A stretch of DNA of 64,000 nucleotides from assembly GCA_002269645.1 (NCBI GenBank), contig NIVC01001343.1, forward strand, positions 62,001 through 126,000, written 5' to 3'. Position 1 is the stretch's first letter, and each line of letters opens with the position of its first letter. Shown one piece after another: positions 1 to 10,726 of the stretch. Source of the DNA: Macrostomum lignano. Lineage: Eukaryota. The notes below the pieces were generated by a model that saw only the letters and a list, made by a program, of their open reading frames with translations, searched no databases and was not told the DNA's origin. A program made the translations under genes and the position numbers.

Positions 1-99
1 GGGACCAAGCGACTTTTCGCAAAAAACAGAGCCACCCCTCCGCCCCCTCCCGAGTCTTTACCCTCTAGAATCCCCACAAAATTTCTGGTTGCGCTACTG
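1..99. mobile_element. Right end of another MITE of the CAGTGGCG family, truncated by the window edge
   Basis: TTTCTGGTTGCGCTACTG (82-99) is the reverse complement of a degenerate CAGTRGCGYARCCAGRAA TIR and is preceded by C-rich subterminal sequence. Confidence 0.45.
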
Positions 100-821
100 G
101 TTGAGTTGACTTTGTCGCTCGCACTTTACGCGATCGGTTGTTCGTCAATTGTTGTCATTGCGCAGCAGCGGGATGAATATCGAGAAGCGCTCTGATTGGA
201 TAATTTGCACTTGACTTGGCTATTTAGATTGAGATGGCTATCAACTTGAGTTGGGTATTGTGCGCTACATGACTGGGAAAACCTATTTAATCTGATTTCT
301 CAGTTAAAAGCATGAGTACTGATCTGAACCTAAAACACCTAATGCACATTGACATTGTACACACGCAGGTTAGGTCTTCCGAGCCCACAATTCCGTACTC
401 TGCAGGATCGAAAAGTGTACAGTTCAGTTGATGAAGATACTATCATGTGACATCAACAATCAACAGAGGTCCAGACACCACACTAAGAATGATTTGTTGA
501 AAAGGCACATTAACAAACAAAAAGATCTAAATGTAACACGTACAGCAGCTAGGGAGTTCAAAAGCTGGAATTTTCCTGCATGGAAATAAGAACACAAATG
601 TAAATAATCCGACGATATGCAAAGTTTCGAGCTTTATGAAGTTTCCTGTCTTCAAGGATATGAAATTTCGAGATTGTGGTGTTGACCCGTACAGCTAGCA
701 ATCACGATTTACATGTAGCCAAAAACAAACAGTGTTGTCGTGTTGTGTAACTACCAGGTAAAAGAACACAGACAGGAACGTGGAATCCAAACTATTCACT
801 CTCTAGAAACATTGTGCAAAA

Positions 822-3800
822 TTATAACGGTTTAATCTTCATTTCAATTGACTTAAGCGAATAATGCGGTCCTTTCCAAGTCTTCCAGACGATACCATCG
901 CACTTCTTGTTGGGTATTGCTCCGCCCTGATAGTATTGACCAGTGGGATTCGCTCGATAGCACGAGAAGTACCAGAAACCGCCGCGAAAGCGTTTAGCGC
1001 AGTTGCCGCCAAATTTAGTATCAACAAGATCATTGTCCGAGTCGAAGGTGCTGAACGACGCGTTCGAGTGGCTGCCTAGCGAGTCGCCGACGCTTGCGTC
1101 GCCATGGAAACGGTCCACGATAAGCTTGTAGTTGTACTGTTTGCCAAAAACAAAGAAGCGATCGTAGTTGACATGCTTGACTAAACCCTCCCAGTCTTCC
1201 AGAACCACCCACAGCTGGTATTCGCGTCTAGACGTCATCTCGGCAAGTGCATCCAGTCCGAGAAAGTGCTCGCCCGACGGATCTAAAAATAGGATTAAGC
1301 AAAGTGTATTTTTAACATTCTGCATGGTACGTACGTAACACTTAAAAACGTCTGTAGCGTTCTTGCATTAGCAAGTGTTTAGGTGTAAGTGTGCTATGGG
1401 TACATGTACTCTGTACATGTACATGGATACCAAATAATAGCTATATAGACCCTCATAAGTTACTCAGACCTTCATAGTCGTGACGCATAGCACCAGGGGT
1501 AGCCAGGATCTTTCTTTCATTAGTAGGGGGATGTTTGGCATCTCAGTGGCGTAGCCAGGAATTTCAATTGGGGGGGGGGGGCAGGTTGGCCTGGCTGGCC
1601 ATGCCTTATGCCATTGCCACTTCTGGCGCAGCAGGCACTCATTTTGGCGCCGCAGGCACTCATTTTAGCGCCGCAGGCACTCAATTGCCTCATGGTTTTT
1701 GGTACCCGCCGCGCCCAACCCCACCCCCCTCAGGCGATTGGGGGGAGGGGGGGGGCGCGGCCCCCCTGCCCTCCCCTGGCTACGCCACTGTGGCATCTTG
1801 ATCAACAAAGCAGATGAAGTTTTGAAGAAGTTGAGTTACCATGCAATGACATTGCTTAACCTGTCTTTGCTATACTCAGCAACAGTCACAAGTTCCACCC
1901 TCCAAGCGAGATGAATTTTTTTCACTATTGCTAGTGACGCAACTTACTTCGCACGTGCAAAGCTTAATTATTGCCTTTGCCACCTGGGGCTGGGGATGGT
2001 TTGGGTCTGCCGATGCCGATGCCGTTAGTCAACTGAAAGAACAGCTACAGCTGCACACTCTGCGCCGGCCTTCCCGATCCTCAGACATGAATCCCATCGA
2101 GCATGTCTGAGATTTCCTAAAATTCTGCGATCGAAAAGAAAATTCACCACAACAGAATGTTGCGGAGCTGCGTCATGCCTTTGAAAACGCTTGGCGGCAG
2201 CTTCCCCAGGACTTTCTGCGGCCCCTCCTTTTCCTGGGAATGCAACCCAGAGTCGCCGCACTTCTGCGTGCGGGGGATCCCACACGCGTTATTAAGCATC
2301 GCGATTCTAACTCAAGATTGCAAAAAAAACTGTTATGATTTTGTGCGAATGAGGTTTATTATTGATTCAATCAACTCTCCCTTCCTCGCGGCGTGCCGGC
2401 GGCTTATTTACGTAACCGAAGGGTTGAATTGTGAGTGCAAAGTTGTCGCAAACAGTGAGAAAATTTTCATCTCGCTCGGAGGGTGGAACTTTTGACTGTT
2501 GCTGAATGCTGAGTATAGATTTAATGGGCGATGGGCAAGATAATATACTCGTAGTTATAGTAATACCCTAAAGGAAGCCAAATTAAAAGCCTCAAACTTT
2601 TTGAATTGACGTCTTGTTAGATTTGTTAGTTATTGTTAGATTTTTTTATTTTTATTTAACTGTGGAGCAAATCAATGACATTTGGAATTTTACTGTAGGA
2701 GACCGAGTTGATCCACACGTTACATTACCTTTTATGTAAATTATATTGCATGATCTTTGCGGTCAGCAAATTACATGTACACTCACTCAGCAACATGTTA
2801 AAGTTTCCACTCCAAAACCAGTGGTCATTGGTCAACTTTCCTCAGATCTGAGATTCTCAGCCCCAAGTGACGCAATTCACACTCCACGCGTCCGCGGGCT
2901 CGTATGGGCTGATTTCGCAATCAAGCTGATATGACGAAAAATAACCTGATATTAGTGTATTGTCAATGATAACATTAAGATTTAATTAATTCATTCATTC
3001 ATTATTCACTGGCTTCAGGGTGGAAACTTTAACATGTTGCTGAGTGTATAGCTACTGTACACCCAGGTGTAAAACTGAATATTAAAGATGGCTCCTAAGA
3101 TTTCAAAAGATTTCATAACGTGCAGAATGCAGATGCTAGAAATTGTTTTTGAAATCATACGTCACGTCACTCGTCAGTGTGGCCTGAGTAAACTGGAGAG
3201 CTTCTGATCCAGTTTAAAGGCCGGTTAGAACTGGTTCTGAGAACACACCATCTTTTCCTTCCCTCAAACTGAAAAAAGTCAGTGAACTATGGGGGTAAAC
3301 AAGAAGCGTCTTCTCGCCCAGATTTACCCCCTCCCCCATCTATATGTACACTCAGCTGTGTACATTCATTTCTTGCACGCGAACCTTAAAATAGCCTTTT
3401 CGTATCTCTCTCTCTCTCTCTTTCTCTCTCTATCTATTATATCACGCTTAAAGCGCGTGACACGAAGTAAACTTTACATTGCGACGCGAGTGACCTTCAA
3501 AGGGGACCGTTTTACGCACTTACTTATCAGATAATTTTAGTGTGGGATCTCATAATGTAGTAAAAAGTCCTTTGCGAAACATTTTTTACATTTTAGGAAA
3601 CAGTCAAATTGGATTTTATACAACTGTCGGTACTTTCTGTCTGTCCTTTCCTGATACTAAAATGCATCAAAGAAAAATGAATCGATACAATTCTCATTTA
3701 GTTACCCATGCTGAAGTAACTTTAGCTATGCCTATGCCTATGCGATATAAACGTCAACCTTTACGCATTGATTTATTGAATGAAGTATTTTACATGTACG

Positions 3801-6800
3801 TTCGATAACAAAAACAATATCACAAATAAAGTCAAGTATCTAATAGCTATATGTTGGGCCTTTAAGTGATATTTAAATGCATTTCAGTGATAATATATAT
3901 AGCTACAGAAAAAGCTAGCCTACAATACAATACATGTACCTACCTACCTACCTTACCTACCTACCTACTACCTACCTACCTACCTACCTACCTACCTACC
4001 TACTACCTACCTACCTACCTACCTACCTACCTACCTACCTACCTACCTACCTACCTACCTACCTACCTACCTACCTACCTACCTACCTACCTACCTACCT
4101 ACCTACCTACCTACCTACCTACCTACCTACCTACCTACCTACCTACCTACCTACCTACCTACCTACCTACCTACCTACCTACCTACCTACCTACCTACCT
4201 ACCTACCTACCTACCTACCTACCTACCTACCTACCTACCTACCTACCTACCTACCTACCTACCTACCTACCTACCTACCTACCTACCTACCTACCTACCT
4301 ACCTACCTACCTACCTACCTACCTACCTACCTACCTACCTACCTACCTACCTACCTACCTACCTACCTACCTACCTACCTACCTACCTACCTACCTACCT
4401 ACCTACCTACCTACCTACCTACCTACCTACCTACCTACCTACCTACCTACCTACCTACCTACCTACCTACCTACCTACCTACCTACCTACCTACCTACCT
4501 ACCTATCTACTACCTACCTACCTACTACATACCTACCTACTACCTACCTACCTGCCTGTTTGCCTGCCTGCCGGCCTGACGTCTACTCACCCCACATGCC
4601 TACTCTGCCTACCTATATGGGTGTACACGCGTAACCTTCCTAAAAATACGCATTAAACAATTCCGCTGGCAATTTCGCTAAAGAGTCAAACAAAGAAGAT
4701 CAAACAAAGAGTTCCACCCTTCCTAGTCCTAGCTCTTTGTCTAGTCATCGCGTCAATGTTGGTCTCATTCTGATTCTATACTAATAGATAAAATCGGAAT
4801 TCAAACCCACAAGAATTCAATTTCTGCGCTTGTAGTCTATCATCATTCGCTACGCTCAATTGCCTCCTGTATTCGAAATATTGAGAGTTGGGGAAAGGAA
4901 AATTAAATGCCGAGGTGAATAAATAAATAAATCAAAAAAGTCAGAACTGTGACTGCAGGCTGAGTCAGAAATGAATTTGACTGTTTTAGCTCACAACTCC
5001 ACTCAACTATGCAATTTGTTTTGTTCGGATTTAGTGTAATGGGTACTATCACTCACTCGCAAGTAGCGTTCGCAGGAATTTTAATTACTGGGGCAGCAAC
5101 CCTAAAATATAAGGGGCGCCAGTTTTTACCTGCGTCTTGGTGAGCACCCCTTGTCGCTTGTTGGGTGCCCCTGTCAGTGCATGGGCGCCCCTCTGTCTCT
5201 CGGTGGACACCCCTATCCCTCGGTGGACACCCCTATCTCTCGGTGGACACCCCTGTCTCTCGGTGGACACCCCTGTCTCTCGGTGGACACCCCTGTCTCT
5301 CGGTGGACACCCCTGTCTCTCGGTGGACACCCCTGTCTCTCGGTGGACACCCCTGTCTCTCGGTGGACACCCCTGTCTCTCGGTGGACACCCCTGTCTCT
5401 CGGTGGACACCCCTGTCTCTCAGTGGACACCCCTGTCTCTCGGTGGACACCCCCGTCTCTCGGTGGACACCCCTGAAAATGCCTCTCGGTGGACATCCCT
5501 GTATCTTATTCCAGTAAATGCTAAGTCTAAGAGGTGGCAAAAGTTCAGTTCCTGTCAACTCCTTTCATTCAGTTTTTGGAGGATTTTTGTGGGGTCGATT
5601 GGGGGGGGGGGCGCGAGCCCTGACTGCGTATACGCCACTGCTTGCTCGTACGACGTTAGTCCCATTCAAACAAAAAGCTATTATTCATCGATAGGTCACC
5701 CGTTACCCGTGTCGAGCCGTGATGATAAAGAAAAGTGAAGACTGAATACTTCCCTTAAGATTTGTCAAGATATTACTCTTTTTCATTCTAGTATTTTTTC
5801 AATAACCTGAGCTGTTTGTCGCGTACTGCGAAGCTTGGTCCAATTTGAAATCACTGTCTAGCCTAGTTTTTAGATCCTAAACTTGCAATACTAATTGCAG
5901 AGATTACTACTATACTACTATTAGTAGACTTTAGAGACTAGTACTCTACATACACCTTTCTAGCTGTCGCCCTCTCTGTAGCTGTCGCCCCTCTAGCTGT
6001 CGCCCCTCTGTAGCTGTCGCCCCTCTAGCTGTCGCCCCTCTGTAGCTGTCGCCCCTCTAGCTGTCGCCCCTCTGTAGCTGTCGTCCCTCTGTAGCTGTCG
6101 CCCCTCTGTAGCTGTCGGTTCCCTCTGTAGCTGTCACCCCTCTGTAGCTATCGCCACTTGTAGCTGTCGCCCCTCTAGCTGTCACCCCTGTAGCTGTCGC
6201 ACCTCTAGCTGTCGTTCCCTCTGTAGCTGTCGCCCCTCTGTAGCTGTCGCCCCTCTGTAGCTGTCGCCCTCTGTAGCTGTCGCCCCTCTGTAGCTTTCGC
6301 CCCTCTGTAGCTGTCACCCTTCTGTTGCTGTCACCCCTCTGTAGCTGTCGCCCCTCTGTAGCTGTCGCCCCTCTGTAGCTGTCGCCCTCTGTAGCTGTCG
6401 CCCCTCTGTAGCTTTCGCCCCTCTGTAGCTGTCGCCCCTCTGTAGCTGTCGCCCCTCTGTAGCTGTCGCCCCTCTGTAGCTGTCGCCCCTCTGTAGCTTT
6501 CGCCCCTCTGTAGCTGTCGCCCCTCTGTAGCTGTCACCCCTCTGTAGCTGTCGCCCCTCTGTAGCTGTCGGCCCTCTGTAGCTGTCGCCCCTCTGTAGCT
6601 TTCGCCCCTCTGTAGCTGTCGCCCCTCTGTAGCTGTCGGCCCTCTGTAGCTGTCGTTTCCTCTGTAGCTTCCGTTCCTTTTATAGCTGGCATGCTCGTAA
6701 ACAACAAGGGCCTGCTTTCAAGCTACAAGTTAATGCAAAGAAATACTCTCACTCTAAAGCAAAAACACTCTAGCTTGCTTACCACCAAATCCGCTTCGAT

Positions 6801-9675
6801 ATTCGGTCCAATTCCGAAAAAAGTCGGTTTTTCCGTCGCTTCGACTCAAAATATATGTCCAGCCTTCGTTTCGCATGTCGCAGCGCACCTGTACCGGTTT
6901 TGTCAAGCCCAGATTAGTTGAGAACACGCCATCGGAAAGGTCTGACGCAGAATCGCGTTGCTTGGTTTTCTCTTTGGCGTAGATGTCGGAACAGTCTGTG
7001 AAGAGTTTTCATGTATTCATGTATTTCATGTATTCATGATAAGACAAGTTGGTACACATTAGTAAAACCTACTGAAGTATCACAATAGTCAGTTTTAAAG
7101 CCTCTGGTGCAAAAGCCCCCCCCCTCGGTGTTTCCGGCCAACTCAAAATGAAATGGCACCCCTTAAAATAAAATGGCACCCTCTCAAAATGAAATGGTGA
7201 TTTTCAAAATGAAGTGGCACTTCTCAAAACAAAACAACACTCCTCAAAATGAAATGGCACCCCCTCTAAATGTGATAGCACCTCCCTTCACAATTGATGA
7301 TCCCCTTGAAATATTGGTCCATTTGGTGGCACAAAAACGTCGAATCCTAAAGACTTCAGAGAACTATTTTTCATAGATTTTTCATTCATAAAGTGACAAC
7401 CTTCTTTACGAGTACATAGATGTATTATTACAGGGTTCATTATGAAACACAGACGTACCAATAATATTTGGAAGCGTGGCATCTGCAGCGTTGGGCATAT
7501 ATTGCTGGCGCTGATGCTCAGTATGGCGCCGCTGCTCCAAGTCTGCATGCCCAGGTAACCGTACTGCACCATCGGGGGCATCACCGGATGCGCCATTGCT
7601 GCCTCATCCGCAAATCTACGATCTCGCATGTGCTTTAGCTGACTAGCCACTTGTCTGATCCTGCGCTCCAGTCTAGCAGTTCGGATGCGATCTCGTTGGC
7701 TGGCTGACTCAGCCTGAGCTCGTGATATGTTCAGCTTCATCTCGCAGGTTGCCAACTTGCGCATTGTTGCGGACTCCAGGTTGCGCATTCGTTGGATTAA
7801 TTTGCGATTCAGCTGCGCCATCTGAACAATTATCTGAGTTAATCTGCTTTCTAATTCGTGCAGTTTTGGACTCTGCATAACGCTGCTTTGGTCTCTCTGA
7901 GAAGTCGTATTAAGCGCTTTGTCAATTCGATTGTTCAAACTATCAACTCTTCGTGACAGATTCAGCACCGACTCAACTGAAGCTGCTCGCTGACTAAGAA
8001 GACTGTCGTACAGTTTTTCCATGAAAATCGAGCTGGTCAAAGATTCAATCTGGTTGGTAGCAGAGCCGGTATCAGTTGCAACAGGAGCTGCGTGTTCATT
8101 GGAAGAGTCGTTCTGAGGTAAGTGTTGCTTCTCGGCAGTTGGCTCACTAGCCGACTGAACCGTTTGATTGGATTCAGTCTGATCCTGTCTCTTATTGTGA
8201 GCATCTTGTCGTATTCTGGTTGGCAGTTCAGTTTCTTGCAGCTCGCCGCCCAGCATATGCTGCTCTGTTGATCCAACGGCTGCTGGGCTACCACTGCTCA
8301 CCTTGTCACCGATGAACTGAAGCTTAGTTGCAATGGGATCGTCTAGCGGATTTCTGTTAGCAACGATGTCGCCATCAAGGCTAATAAATTTTGCTGCGAA
8401 TATGCACATCGACCGAGTCGTGTTGCGAAATGATACCTTGCATTGAAGGCACGATACAGTGAAGCCATTGACGTCTTCAGCAGCGGTTCCCTGCTTTGAA
8501 TGCTCCATCAAATGCAGAGTATCAACTTCAGAGGAGTTTACTGGATCCAAAACACTTTGCCGCGCCGATTCTCGTAAATTTATTGAAAACAGAACTTCGC
8601 AAAAACGTGGCAAGCTTTGGTTTGAGTGCTGACTGGGACATTTTGTGCAGAGGCTTGCAACATCTCGACTAGTCGATGAAGTTTCTATTGCCTTTTTTGG
8701 AAAGCTAGATAATTTTATTTTGTGAAAAAGGTGACAAAACCAGAAAGAGGTTAATCGATTTGGAAGCTTCGAGCTTGTAGTGGAACATTGCTGCAGCCAT
8801 TTTTTTGCTTCGGTAACATTCGCTGCCTGATTTAAGCTGGCGTTTAGGTAGAGTTTTTTCTGGGTCCCATTGGGCAGCTCTCTTGAGTGATTACTGAACT
8901 CTGGTGTAGCAGCTGAGGAGTTCATTGTGCTTACATGGTTACTTTTAGTTTCATTGGTTAAATTTTTCTTCTCGGGTTGCAGTGGAGTTTCAGCACTGTC
9001 TTTACTGTTTCTAACCTGATGCTGATTTTGTGAGTTTTCTTCTAATTGATGCTTCTGGGGTTCCGGTTGCTTTTGTTCTTGCGGTTGCTGCTGCTGTCCA
9101 GTTGGCTGCTGTTGTTGTGCTTGTGGGTTTTCCGTCTGCTTTTGTTTTTGCTCACCATCTTCTGGTTGCTGCTGCTTTGACTGCTCTTCCACAGGCTGCG
9201 CCTGCCTCTCCGTTGACGCATTGGAGTCCCACTCGTCCGGTGACCGACTTCGTTTCCCAGCCTCATCGACCGCATCAAGCAGATCGTCATTTTGAGAATC
9301 TCCTCTTGAGGACAAATCTCTGTCGTCCTTGTCGACCTCGTCTCGCTCTCTGTTGTGTCTCCTTGTTTTCTCTTCTTGTCGATTTTTGATTTCACGTTTA
9401 CTAACCCGGTAGCGACTTTGTTTAAACGACCGTTCCAAATCGGCTTCCTTGTGCACGGCTCGTAGAAATGAGCATTTGATTAGTTTTTCTCGCGATTGCA
9501 GACTTACCAGCAGCCTGCTCTTGGCGTAGCTGGACACATCCAGCCTGTTCACAGGCATGTCGTTGTCTGTCAGCCAGCGCTCCACGTCGCAAAACTGCTC
9601 ATAGCAACTGGAGAGCTTGGCACACTGAATCAGGATGCAGCAGAGCAAACCGACAACGAACTTTTGCGAGTCCAT
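822..9675 (-). CDS. Secreted angiopoietin-like / fibrinogen-related (FReD) protein; coding exons 9675-7459 (1-nt frame break near 7602), 6995-6783, 1282-822
   Basis: ATG at 9675 gives MDSQKFVVGLLCCILIQCAKLSSC (signal-peptide-like), then Q-rich, N-glycosylation-site-rich and coiled-coil regions. The exon at 6995-6783, translated by hand and absent from the ORF track, reads DCSDIY...VQVRCDMRNEGWTYILSRSDGKTDFFRNWTEYRSGFG. It joins in phase 1 (G|GTAAGC ... TTTTAG|AT) to DPSGEHFLGLD...FSTFDSDND...CAKRFRGGFWYFSCYRANPTG...GIVWKTWKGPHYSLKSIEMKIKP*, a canonical fibrinogen C-terminal domain. Confidence 0.85.
1544..1790. mobile_element. hAT-type MITE (247 bp)
   Basis: Perfect 16-bp TIRs CAGTGGCGTAGCCAGG ... 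CCTGGCTACGCCACTG, flanked by a perfect 8-bp TSD TGGCATCT (1536-1543 and 1791-1798). Contains an internal 21-bp triple repeat. Confidence 0.9.
2040..2516 (+). pseudogene. Decayed Tc1/mariner transposase 3' end plus right TIR remnant
   Basis: Reads LRRPSRSSDMNPIEHV*DFL...PQQNVAELRHAFENAWRQLPQDFLRPL...MQPRVAALLRAGDPTR, matching the Tc1 WP..SPDLNPIEHVWD motif and the ...GGHTRY* terminus, with a stop and a frameshift. Confidence 0.75.
2780..3046. mobile_element. Tc1/mariner-derived MITE (~267 bp) with TA flanks
   Basis: ~40-bp inverted repeats CACTCAGCAACATGTTAAAGTTTCCAC...CCAGTG versus CACTGG...GTGGAAACTTTAACATGTTGCTGAGTG, with TA on both outer sides. Confidence 0.75.
3937..4552. repeat. (CTAC)n microsatellite, ~150 units, in FReD intron 2
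   Basis: Directly visible; explains the spurious YLPT ORFs. Confidence 0.98.
5060..5640. mobile_element. Older hAT-type MITE of the same TIR family carrying an internal 20-bp minisatellite
   Basis: Left end CAAGTAGCGTTCGCAGGAATTTT resembles CAGTGGCGTAGCCAGGAATTTC; right end ...GCGTATACGCCACTG. Degenerate 8-bp TSD CTCACTCG / CTTGCTCG (6 of 8 match). Confidence 0.65.
5188..5500. repeat. 20-bp minisatellite CCCTGTCTCTCGGTGGACAC
   Basis: About 15 near-identical tandem copies inside the MITE at 5060-5640. Confidence 0.95.
5960..6668. repeat. 17-bp minisatellite TAGCTGTCGCCCCTCTG
   Basis: About 40 tandem copies ending ~115 nt from the FReD exon 2 donor. Confidence 0.95.
7143..7265. repeat. Short degenerate repeat CAAAATGAAATGGCACCC in FReD intron 1
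   Basis: 4-5 imperfect copies. Confidence 0.7.
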
Positions 9676-10726
9676 ACAGCTACAGGTAAGAATTTTCAAA
9701 ATAGTCAACTACAAATAATCCTGGTTACGTTGGCCTTTGGCTTCTCGAAGAACCTTATATGAGATACCAAAACTCCCACGCGTCCCGTGTGTGGAAGGGA
9801 TTTAAACAGTGTATTAGGAGGGGTGGACGCGAACACGCGGCTTAATACTCGTGTAGTTTGCCACGCCGTCACGATACTACAGCTGTTAACGAACAGCAAA
9901 TTGGCAGTAACTGTTCAGACAGTTTAGCTCTCTATTTCGCAGAATGCATGGATAGGAGAGAGAGACAGAGAGAGAGAGCTGCTGGCAACAGCTGTAGCTT
10001 CACCCTCTCGCCACCCCACTCCAAAGCCGACCACGTCAGATGTCTGCAACCGCCACCGCGGCAGCTGAAGAACAATATACAGCTAGCTAGCTGAAACAAT
10101 GGCCGCAACTGTACACGCCAGGCATTTAGCTTTGCGAGTACAGTTTTCTGTGGAGAGTGGAGCAAGTACATTGCTGGCGGGGGCAGCTTTGGGGAAGAGT
10201 GCGCCCCCCGGGGGAGGGATATTCGTCTGACAACATAGAAAAGCGGGGGGGGGACAGTGGCCGTGGAGCTAGGGATAGGGATAGATTTCTAAAGCCAATG
10301 CTTATGACACGTGGCAATCTTTGATTTGTCTCTGAACGCAAAAAGTTAATCTATTATGTCTTATGTCATTTGAAAAATATGGTCTGTGGTCGGGACGCAG
10401 AGGGGGTCGGGATCTAAGAGTTAATAAGTTCATGGGTTGACAACTGGAAGGTGGAGCAAGGAGGTGGAGGCGGAATAAATGCGGAAAAATCTGAAATTTG
10501 TTGCTTTCTTACATCCTCGTAGCGGTGAAAATGCAGTAAAAGGTATCTGCTTACCGAAAACAAGCAAAGCAAGTAGTGACTTTTCATGGGTATCTAGATA
10601 CAGTTTTGTTTATTTATACGCTCGTATTTTACATTTACTCCGCATTGTTTGACAATTCCTTTAACCTGAAAGCTAAAATAAGGAAAATCTGCTTTACCCA
10701 ACAAACGACGAGCTGTCTTAACAAAA

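Noticed and set aside
1283-1325. N-terminus MQNVKNTLCLILFL of the 167-aa ORF as a signal peptide
   Set aside because: It is intron sequence upstream of the TTTTAG acceptor at 1284-1283.
1318-1335. TGCATG|GTACGT as a possible spliced-leader RNA gene
   Set aside because: Only the terminal ATG|GT matches; no recognisable SL stem-loop or Sm site is nearby.
3866-4656. YLPT-repeat ORFs, and similar LVLKP, SIYL, CPKLCLK, SQTQSHP and GGRF ORFs elsewhere
   Set aside because: All are translations of micro- or minisatellites in introns or spacers, with no domain and no splice-compatible context.
7288-7458. C-terminal tail of the 806-aa ORF (VRLCFIMNP...)
   Set aside because: Read-through into intron 1 past the GTACGT donor; the real continuation is the FReD exon at 6995.
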